Assembly: GCA_963719245.1 (NCBI GenBank)
Contig: CAVRBG010000005.1
Location: 38,614-102,613 of the forward strand
Direction of reading: 5' to 3'
Length of the DNA: 64,000 bases
Source: an uncultured Actinomycetes bacterium
GTDB taxonomy: Bacteria; Actinomycetota; Acidimicrobiia; IMCC26256; DASPTH01
Position 1 is the first letter of the stretch; each line of letters starts with the position of its first letter. Of this stretch, positions 1 to 7,294 are shown piece by piece. The notes beneath the pieces are model-generated. The model did not search any database. It was not told the DNA's origin and saw only the letters and a program-made list of their open reading frames with translations. A program made the translations under genes and the position numbers.

Positions 1-1
1 C

Positions 2-1015
2 GACGACCGCGGTCGGCGCCTCGAGGCGTGCCAGTCGCCGGTGTGGGACACCGCGCTCGCGGTCGTCGCGCTCGCCGACGCCGGCGTCCCACGCGACGAT
101 CCCGCCCTCGTGCGGGCGGCCGAGTTCCTGCTCGCACACGAGGTGCACGTGGCGGGTGACTGGTCGGTGCGGCGGCGGCAGCTCGAACCCGGCGGGTGGG
201 CGTTCGAGTTCGCCAATGTGAACTACCCCGACATCGACGACACCGCAGAGGTCGTGATGGCGCTCCGGCGCGTCGAGCATCCCGACACCGCCCGCGTCGA
301 CGCCGCCATCGCGCGCGCGGTGCGATGGGTGGAAGGCATGCAGTGCCGCGATGGCGGGTGGGGCGCGTTCGACGTGGACAACACGAGTCGCGCCTGCGCC
401 CGCCTCCCGTTCTGCGACTTCGGCGAGGTGACCGACCCACCCAGCGCCGACGTCACCGCCCACGTGCTCGAGATGCTGGCGGCCGAGACGGCCGCCGACC
501 CCCGGCGGCTCGCGGCCGGCGTGGCCTGGCTGGAGCGCGAGCAGGAGCCCGAGGGCTCGTGGTTCGGGCGGTGGGGCGTGAACCACGTCTACGGCACCGG
601 CGCCGCGTTGCCCGCCCTGCGCGCCACCGGCCTCACCCCGGACAGGAGCCCGATGCAAGCCGCGGTGCGCTGGCTGGAGGAGCACCAGAACGCCGACGGT
701 GGGTGGGGCGAGGACATCCGGTCGTACCGCGACCCCGCGTCCCGCGGGCTCGGCGTCTCGACCGCGTCGCAGACCGCGTGGGCGCTGCTCGCGCTCCTGG
801 CCGCCGGGGTGCGCACGGACGCCACGACCCGAGGTGTGCACTGGCTGGTGGAGACGCAACGGGCCGACGGCACGTGGGACGAACCGTGGTTCACCGGCAC
901 CGGCTTCCCCGGCGACTTCTCGATCAACTACCACCTGTACCGGCAGGTGTTCCCGGTCATGGCCCTCGGGCGGTTCGTCCGCGAGCAGGACGCACCCAGC
1001 GGAGCAGCTCGGTGA
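2..1015 (+). CDS. shc: squalene-hopene cyclase, C-terminal part (5' truncated by window edge)
   Basis: ACQSPVWDT, catalytic YPDIDDTA (DxDD), repeated QW motifs (QCRDGGWG, QEPEGSW, QNADGGWG, QRADGTW), FTGTGFP. Confidence 0.96.
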   Translation, partial: DDRGRRLEACQSPVWDTALAVVALADAGVPRDDPALVRAAEFLLAHEVHVAGDWSVRRRQLEPGGWAFEFANVNYPDIDDTAEVVMALRRVEHPDTARVDAAIARAVRWVEGMQCRDGGWGAFDVDNTSRACARLPFCDFGEVTDPPSADVTAHVLEMLAAETAADPRRLAAGVAWLEREQEPEGSWFGRWGVNHVYGTGAALPALRATGLTPDRSPMQAAVRWLEEHQNADGGWGEDIRSYRDPASRGLGVSTASQTAWALLALLAAGVRTDATTRGVHWLVETQRADGTWDEPWFTGTGFPGDFSINYHLYRQVFPVMALGRFVREQDAPSGAAR

Positions 1016-1956
1016 CGAACGACCGACCGCAGCGGCGCACGGTGCTGCTCGCGGGTCCGCGCTCGTTCTGCGCCGGTGTCGAACGCGCGATCGACATCGT
1101 CGAGCGCGCGCTCGACCGCTACGGCGCGCCGGTCTACGTGCGTCGCCAGATCGTGCACAACACCCATGTCGTGCGGGACCTCGAAGCCCGGGGGGCACGA
1201 TTCGTCGACGAGCTCGATGCGGTGCCCGACGGCGCGCTGGTGGTGATCGCCGCGCACGGCGTCGCACCGTGGGTCCACGCCGAAGCCCACGAGCGCGGGT
1301 TGCGCGTGATCGACGCGACCTGCCCGCTCGTCGCCAAGGTCCACGCCGAGGCCCGCCGGTTCGCCCGGGACGGGTACCGGATCGTCCTCGTCGGCCACCT
1401 CGAGCACGAAGAGGTGCAGGGCACGGTCGGGGAGGCGCCGGAGGCGATCGAGGTCGTCGACGAGCCCGAGGCCGCCGACCAGGTGCAGGCGGCCGATCCC
1501 GAGCACGTCGCGTACCTCACCCAGACCACGCTCGCGGTCGACGAGGTCCAGGAGGTGGTCGACGCGTTGCGCGCGCGCTTCCCCTCGCTCACCGGTCCTC
1601 GCGCCGACGACATCTGCTACGCCACGCAGAACCGGCAGGAGGCTGTCCGCAGCCTGGCCGCGGAGTGCGACCTGATGCTCGTCGTCGGGTCCCGCAACTC
1701 GTCCAACTCGAACCGTCTCGTCGAAGTGGCCGAGCGGTTCGGCTGCACCGCCCGCCTGCTCGAGGACGCCTCCGAGCTCGATGCCGCCCTCGTCCGCGAG
1801 GCATCGACGATCGGGATCACCGCGGGCGCGTCGGCGCCCGAATCGCTGGTGCAGGGGGTGGTGGAGGCGCTCGCGGCCTTCGGCCCCGTCGACGTGGTCG
1901 AGCGTGACGTCGTGCAGGAGTCGATGCGCTTCACCCTTCCCGTGGAGGTGCGCTGA
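1012..1956 (+). CDS. ispH: 4-hydroxy-3-methylbut-2-enyl diphosphate reductase
   Basis: PRSFCAGVERAI, IVHN, AHGV, DATCPLV, DICYATQNRQ, NSSNS, TAGASAPE; GTG start overlaps shc stop (GTGA). Confidence 0.96.
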   Translation: MTNDRPQRRTVLLAGPRSFCAGVERAIDIVERALDRYGAPVYVRRQIVHNTHVVRDLEARGARFVDELDAVPDGALVVIAAHGVAPWVHAEAHERGLRVIDATCPLVAKVHAEARRFARDGYRIVLVGHLEHEEVQGTVGEAPEAIEVVDEPEAADQVQAADPEHVAYLTQTTLAVDEVQEVVDALRARFPSLTGPRADDICYATQNRQEAVRSLAAECDLMLVVGSRNSSNSNRLVEVAERFGCTARLLEDASELDAALVREASTIGITAGASAPESLVQGVVEALAAFGPVDVVERDVVQESMRFTLPVEVR

Positions 1957-2963
1957 TGGCACTCCCCTTGCGTCAACAGGTCCGCGTCGCGTCCTACGTC
2001 GCGAAGCAGAAGCTCGCGAGGCGCAAGCAATTCCCGCTGATCGTCGAGCTCGAGCCGCTCTTCGCGTGCAACCTCGAGTGCGCGGGCTGCGGCAAGATCC
2101 AGTTCCCCACGGAGATCCTCCGGCGCCGGGTCAGCGTGGAGGATGCGGTCGCGGCGATCGAGGAGTGCGGTGCACCGATGGTGTCCATCGCGGGCGGTGA
2201 GCCGCTGCTGCATCCCGACATCGAGGAGATGGTGCAGGCGTTCGTCGACCGGAAGCGGTTCGTGTACCTCTGCACCAACGGCGTGCTCATGCGGCGGAAG
2301 CTCGACCGCTTCCAGCCGTCGCCCTACTTCAGCTGGGTCGTCCACATCGACGGGCTGCGCGAGCGCCACGACACGTCGGTGTGCCGATCCGGGGTGTTCG
2401 ACGAGGCGGTCAGCGCGATCCGCGAGGCGAAGGAACAGGGGTTCCGCGTCACCACCAACTCGACCTTCTTCAACACCGACTCCCCCGGCACCGTGCGCGA
2501 GACCCTCGACTTCCTGAACGACGACCTCGACGTCGACGCGATGATGATCTCCCCCGGCTACGCGTACGAGAAGGCACCCGACCAGGAGCACTTCCTGGGT
2601 GTCGAGGAGACGCGGCGGCTGTTCCGCAACGCGTTCGCCGGCGACCGTCGACGCCGCTGGCGGCTCAACCACAGTCCCCTCTTCCTCGACTTCCTCGAAG
2701 GCAAGGTGGAGTACGACTGCACCGCGTGGGCGATCCCGAGCTACTCGGTGTTCGGTTGGCAACGCCCCTGCTACCTGATGGCCGACGGCTACACCGCCAC
2801 CTACCGCGAGCTGATCGAGACCACCGACTGGGACCGCTACGGCCGCGGGCGCGACGAACGGTGCGCCAACTGCATGGCGCACTGCGGCTACGAACCGACG
2901 GCGGTGTTCGCGACGATGGGTTCGCTGCGCGAGTCGCTGCGGGCCGCGGCGTCGACCCGCTGA
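1956..2963 (+). CDS. hpnH: adenosyl-hopene transferase (radical SAM)
   Basis: LEPLFACNLECAGCGKI (CxxxCxxC), GGEPLLH, C-terminal CANCMAHCGYEPT; located in hopanoid operon. Confidence 0.95.
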   Translation: MALPLRQQVRVASYVAKQKLARRKQFPLIVELEPLFACNLECAGCGKIQFPTEILRRRVSVEDAVAAIEECGAPMVSIAGGEPLLHPDIEEMVQAFVDRKRFVYLCTNGVLMRRKLDRFQPSPYFSWVVHIDGLRERHDTSVCRSGVFDEAVSAIREAKEQGFRVTTNSTFFNTDSPGTVRETLDFLNDDLDVDAMMISPGYAYEKAPDQEHFLGVEETRRLFRNAFAGDRRRRWRLNHSPLFLDFLEGKVEYDCTAWAIPSYSVFGWQRPCYLMADGYTATYRELIETTDWDRYGRGRDERCANCMAHCGYEPTAVFATMGSLRESLRAAASTR

Positions 2964-2974
2964 GTGGTGCGGTC

Positions 2975-4726
2975 GTGGCCGTCCTCGACGCCGTCACCGG
3001 TCCCGCCGATCTCCGTGGCCTCGACGCGTCCGCGCTCGACCTGCTGGCCGACGAGTTGCGGGAGGCGATCGTCGAGTCGGTCGCGGCAAATGGAGGACAC
3101 CTCGGGTCGAACCTCGGCGCGGTGGAGCTCACGCTCGCGCTGCACCGCGTCTTCGACTCGCCGCACGACCTGATCGTCTGGGACACGGGCCACCAGGCGT
3201 ACGCTCACAAGCTGGTGACCGGCCGCCGCGAGGGATTCGCCCGGCTTCGCCACGCGGGCGGCGTCTCGGGTTACCCCTCGCGCAACGAGTCGGAGCACGA
3301 CGTCATCGAGAACAGCCACGCGTCGGCCTCGCTCAGCTACTCGTACGGGCTCGCGGTCGGCCGCGACGCGGGCGGTGACGATCGCCACGTGGTGGCCGTC
3401 ATCGGTGACGGCGCGCTCACCGGCGGGATGGCGTACGAGGCGCTGAACAACCTCGGCTGCAGCGGGCGGCGCGTGATCATCGTCGTGAACGACAACGCCC
3501 GCTCGTACGCCCCCACGGTGTCGCGACTGGTGGCCGGGCGCGACGGCGACGCCGCCCGCTTCTTCGCCGCATTGGGGTTCCAGTACGCGGGGCCGGTCGA
3601 CGGTCACGACATCCCCGCGACCGAGCACGCGCTGCTGACCGCGAGCGAGCACGCGGGGCCGTCCGTCGTGCACGTGCTCACCCGCAAGGGTCGGGGGTAC
3701 CGACCGGCGGAGGACGACGCCGAGAAGTGCCTGCACGACGTCTCCCCGTTCGTCGTCGGTTCGGGCGAGCTGCGCTCGCCCCGCCCGGTCACGTACACGG
3801 ACGCGTTCACCGAGGCGCTGCTCGGGCTGGCCGACCAACACCCCGAGCTCGTGGCGCTCACCGCGGCCATGCCGGGATCGACCGGGCTGCTCCCCTTCGC
3901 CGAGCGTCACCCGGACCGTTGCTTCGACGTCGGGATCGCGGAGCAGCACGCGGTGACCGCGGCCGCCGGCATGGCGATGCAGGGGCTCCGGCCGATCGTG
4001 GCGATCTACTCGACGTTCCTCAACCGTGCGTGGGACCAGGTGGTCTACGACGTCGGCCTGCACCGGCTCCCGGTCGTGTTCTGCGTGGACCGCGCCGGCA
4101 TCACCGGCGACGACGGACCCAGCCACCACGGCGTGCTCGACCTCGCGCTGCTCACCAAGGTCCCGGGGATGACGGTGTTCGCGCCGTCGTCGTACGCCGA
4201 GGTGGGCGCCATGCTGCGGGAGGCCCTCCGGATCACGTCGGGCCCGGTCGCGCTGCGCTGGCCGAAGACACCCGCGCCCGCAGGCGATGACGTCGGCACC
4301 GGAACGTGCGCACGACGGGTGCTCGAGGGACGCGACGTCTGCATCCTCGCGGTCGGGAAGATGGTCGAGGCGGCGCGGGAGGCCGCCGTGATCCTCGCCG
4401 GCGACGGCATCCGTCCGACGATCTGGGACGTGCGGGCGGTCCCGCTCGACGAGCGCATGCTCGCGGCCGCGGCCCGCTCCCCGCTCGTCGTCACCGTGGA
4501 GGACGGCATCGCCGAGGGCGGCGTCGGATCGCTGATCACGAGCGCGCTGGCGCGGCGACGGGACGACCATGGTCCACGCGTGGTCGTGCTGGGCACTCCC
4601 CTCGCGTACCTTCCCCACGGCAAGGTCCCCGACCTGCTCGCGCAGCTCGGCCTCGACGGGGCGGGGATCGCCGCCGCCGCGGTCAAGGCGCTCCGCGACC
4701 TCGAACGCGCCGGGGCCGCGGGTTGA
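2975..4726 (+). CDS. dxs: 1-deoxy-D-xylulose-5-phosphate synthase
   Basis: GGHLGSNLGAVEL, WDTGHQAY, GDGALTGG...NDN, FDVGIAEQHA, DRAGITGDDGPSHHG; start approximate (2960 or 2975). Confidence 0.94.
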   Translation: MAVLDAVTGPADLRGLDASALDLLADELREAIVESVAANGGHLGSNLGAVELTLALHRVFDSPHDLIVWDTGHQAYAHKLVTGRREGFARLRHAGGVSGYPSRNESEHDVIENSHASASLSYSYGLAVGRDAGGDDRHVVAVIGDGALTGGMAYEALNNLGCSGRRVIIVVNDNARSYAPTVSRLVAGRDGDAARFFAALGFQYAGPVDGHDIPATEHALLTASEHAGPSVVHVLTRKGRGYRPAEDDAEKCLHDVSPFVVGSGELRSPRPVTYTDAFTEALLGLADQHPELVALTAAMPGSTGLLPFAERHPDRCFDVGIAEQHAVTAAAGMAMQGLRPIVAIYSTFLNRAWDQVVYDVGLHRLPVVFCVDRAGITGDDGPSHHGVLDLALLTKVPGMTVFAPSSYAEVGAMLREALRITSGPVALRWPKTPAPAGDDVGTGTCARRVLEGRDVCILAVGKMVEAAREAAVILAGDGIRPTIWDVRAVPLDERMLAAAARSPLVVTVEDGIAEGGVGSLITSALARRRDDHGPRVVVLGTPLAYLPHGKVPDLLAQLGLDGAGIAAAAVKALRDLERAGAAG

Positions 4727-4729
4727 CCG

Positions 4730-5134
4730 CTAGGCGTCCGCGGCTGCCACCGGTGGGTTCCGCACGAGGGACTCGACGTCGTCGACCGCCCGTGCCAGCA
4801 CCTGCCCGTCGAGCGCATCGGCCAGGCTCTGCCCACCCGCGGCGACCAGCATCGGCACCAACCGGTCGCGGAGGCGGGTGACGCCCCACGAGACCACCTC
4901 GCCCTCGGCCACGGTGTCGATCATCAGGATCCGCTCCTGCTCGGCCGGGGGCTCGTAGTGGTAGTGGGGATCGACGTTGAACAGGTCGAAGCGCAGGTAC
5001 TCGTGCTCGTCGTCACCACCGAGCACCCGCACCGTCGGTCCACCGGACTCGACGCCGTCTTGTAGGAGGGCACGATGCTGGACCACGAACGTGATCGGAC
5101 CCGCCGTCACCGTCGATCCGCTTCCACCGGCCAT
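4730..5134 (-). CDS. hypothetical protein with LRFDxFxxxPHYHY motif (paralog of 13427-13942)
   Basis: Coding-like ORF with GGAGG RBS; shares its motif with a second gene in the window. Confidence 0.75.
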   Translation of the reverse strand: MAGGSGSTVTAGPITFVVQHRALLQDGVESGGPTVRVLGGDDEHEYLRFDLFNVDPHYHYEPPAEQERILMIDTVAEGEVVSWGVTRLRDRLVPMLVAAGGQSLADALDGQVLARAVDDVESLVRNPPVAAADA

Positions 5135-5177
5135 GCTTCACCTCCAGCGCGTGCCGGTCATGATGGCACGGGTCCGG

Positions 5178-5591
5178 CTAGGGCGTCTCCGGGGCTTCGG
5201 CGACCACCATCCACGGCGTGCCGAACCGGTCGGTGCACATGCCGAAGCTGGGCGAGAAGAACGTCTCGATCGGAGGCTGCGTGGCCTCGCCCCCGTCGGC
5301 GAGGGCGCCGAACACGCGTTGCGCCTCCTCGGCGTCGGCAACCGAGCAGGTGACCATCATTCCCTGCACGCCCGTGAACCCGCCGGTCGGGTCGTCCGAC
5401 CCCATCACGATCGCCTCGTCGAGTGTCAGCGCGGCATGGATGATGAAGTCGGCCTGCTCCGGCGGCACCGGGGTGTCCGACGGCGCGTCGGCCATCGACA
5501 TCAGCACGAGCTCACCGCCGAAGATCTCCTGGTAGCGGGTGAACGCCTCGCGGCAATTGCCGCCGAAGAACAGGTACGCGCGGAAGTCCAT
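5178..5591 (-). CDS. VOC/PhnB-family (glyoxalase-like) protein
   Basis: YLFFGGNCREAFTRY, HAAL, MGSD, FGMCTDRFGTPWMV; AGGAGG RBS supports ATG at 5591. Confidence 0.9.
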   Translation of the reverse strand: MDFRAYLFFGGNCREAFTRYQEIFGGELVLMSMADAPSDTPVPPEQADFIIHAALTLDEAIVMGSDDPTGGFTGVQGMMVTCSVADAEEAQRVFGALADGGEATQPPIETFFSPSFGMCTDRFGTPWMVVAEAPETP

Positions 5592-5636
5592 CTCGATCCT
5601 CCTGGTCATCGCTGATGGGCGGTCGCCTGGTGGTCC

Positions 5637-5663
5637 GACCGCGCGCCCGCCGCGAACTCATCG
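5637..5663 (-). promoter_or_regulatory. putative SigG-type ECF promoter (CGATGA-N18-GTC) upstream of VOC gene
   Basis: Minus strand reads CGATGA-GTTCGCGGCGGGCGCGCG-GTC with an 18-nt spacer; matches the mycobacterial SigG consensus as I recall it. Confidence 0.55.
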
Positions 5664-5742
5664 CGTCCAGTGTGCACGCCATTGATGCTGATCGATGACC
5701 GTGAGACCATGACGCGAGCAGTGAGAGCGGGAGAGAGGGCCC

Positions 5743-5931
5743 ATGACGCGCAAGATCGCCGATTGTCGAGATTTTCCCAGTGAGACGGGCTGCACCCTGA
5801 CCATCGCCGGGACCGAATCCGAAGTCCTCGACACCGCGCTGGCGCACGCCATCGCGGTGCACGGGCACGAGGACACCCCCGAGGTTCGCGACTGGCTTCG
5901 CGCCAACCTCAAGGACGAAGCGCCCCAGTAG
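5743..5931 (+). CDS. small DUF1059-like metal-binding protein
   Basis: ADCRDFPSETGCTLTIAG...EVL...HAIAVHGH pattern; GAGAGGG RBS. Confidence 0.8.
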   Translation: MTRKIADCRDFPSETGCTLTIAGTESEVLDTALAHAIAVHGHEDTPEVRDWLRANLKDEAPQ

Positions 5932-5963
5932 GAACGCGCCGCTCCGTCACGACGCCTCGAGAT

Positions 5964-5995
5964 CGGCACCACCGACCCTCGCCCGGTCGGTGCCG
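5964..5995 (+). terminator. GC-rich hairpin, possible terminator
   Basis: CGGC..ACCGACC-loop-GGTCGGT-GCCG inverted repeat about 30 nt after the stop; no U-tract. Confidence 0.35.
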
Positions 5996-6071
5996 TCGAG
6001 CGCGTGGGGAGCACAATGGTGGGCACCACAGCGTTCTCGGGTCGCGCCGCGATCTCACGGGGGAGGAACCA

Positions 6072-7289
6072 ATGACCGCAGTGTTGCAGGGCGTCCGCAT
6101 CCTGGAGGTCGCCGAGCACACCTTCGTGCCCGCGGCGTCGGCCCTGATGGCCGACTGGGGCGCCGAGGTCATCAAGATCGAGCACGTGGAGCGGGGCGAC
6201 GCCATGCGGGGCCTGGCCTCGAGCGGCGTGGTCGACATCGGCGGAGGCGTCCACGCGTTGCTCGAGCACTCGAACCGCGGCAAGCAGAGCCTCGGTCTGG
6301 ACCTCACCACCGACGAGGGCCTGGACATCCTCTACCAGCTCGCCGCCACCTCCGACATCTTCCTCACCAACAAGCTCCCGAGGGTGCGCACCAAGCTACG
6401 GATCGGCGTCGAGGAGATCCGGGCCGCCAACCCGAACATCATCTACGTGCGCGGCACCGGCCAGGGTGAGCGCGGTCCCGACGCGGACAAGGGCTCGTAC
6501 GACAGCCTCGCGTTCTGGAACCGGTCCGGCATCGCCATCGGGATGTCCCGTCCGGAGTACGGGCACATCGTGGGCCCGCCCGGCCCCGGCTTCGGCGACT
6601 CGATCGGCGCCATGACCATCGCCGGCGGGATGATGGGCGCGCTGTACCACCGCGAGCGCACCGGTGAGGCGACCGTCGTCGACGTGTCGCTGTTGGGATC
6701 GGCGATGTGGGCCCACGGCCAGGCCATCGCCCTGTCGCTGCTGGCCGACATCCCGTGGATGCCGCCGCCCGAGGACGCGGTGCGGCGCAACCCGCTGACG
6801 AACAACTACCTCACCAAGGACGGCCGCTGGCTGGCGTTCATCTGTCTCCAGGCCGGCAAGTACTGGCCCGAGCTGTGCGACGTCATGGGTCGGCCGGAGC
6901 TGGCCACCGACCCGCGCTTCGCCGATCACGTCAGCCTGCTCGAGCACAGTGCCGACGCGATCGAGATCCTCACCGAGGTCATCGCCGAGCGGCCGTTGGC
7001 CGAGTGGCGGGAGCGGCTGGAGTCCTTCTCCGGCCAGTGGACGGTGGTGCAGGACACGCTCGAGGTCGCCGACGACCCGCAGACGGTGGCCAACGGCTAC
7101 ATCCAGGACTGCGAGACCGCGGAAGGTACGCCGTTCCGGCTGACCGCGGCGCCGGTGCAGTTCGACGAAGAGGCGCCGGTGCCGAAGCGGGCCCCCGAGT
7201 TCAACGAGCACGGCGACGCCATCCTCGCCGACCTCGGGCTCGACTGGGACACCATCATCGACCTCAAGGTGCGCGGCGTCGTCGCCTGA
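6072..7289 (+). CDS. CaiB/BaiF family (class III) CoA-transferase
   Basis: LQGVRILEV, DWGAEVIKIE, GDAMR, NRGKQSLGLDL, GFGDSIG (catalytic Asp), APEFNEH. Confidence 0.92.
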   Translation: MTAVLQGVRILEVAEHTFVPAASALMADWGAEVIKIEHVERGDAMRGLASSGVVDIGGGVHALLEHSNRGKQSLGLDLTTDEGLDILYQLAATSDIFLTNKLPRVRTKLRIGVEEIRAANPNIIYVRGTGQGERGPDADKGSYDSLAFWNRSGIAIGMSRPEYGHIVGPPGPGFGDSIGAMTIAGGMMGALYHRERTGEATVVDVSLLGSAMWAHGQAIALSLLADIPWMPPPEDAVRRNPLTNNYLTKDGRWLAFICLQAGKYWPELCDVMGRPELATDPRFADHVSLLEHSADAIEILTEVIAERPLAEWRERLESFSGQWTVVQDTLEVADDPQTVANGYIQDCETAEGTPFRLTAAPVQFDEEAPVPKRAPEFNEHGDAILADLGLDWDTIIDLKVRGVVA

Positions 7290-7294
7290 CGCCG

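Noticed and set aside
2961-3173. Possible UGA read-through of hpnH into the in-frame ORF 2964-3173
   Set aside because: HpnH is already full length, the extension is low-complexity, it overlaps dxs in another frame, and there is no redox-motif context
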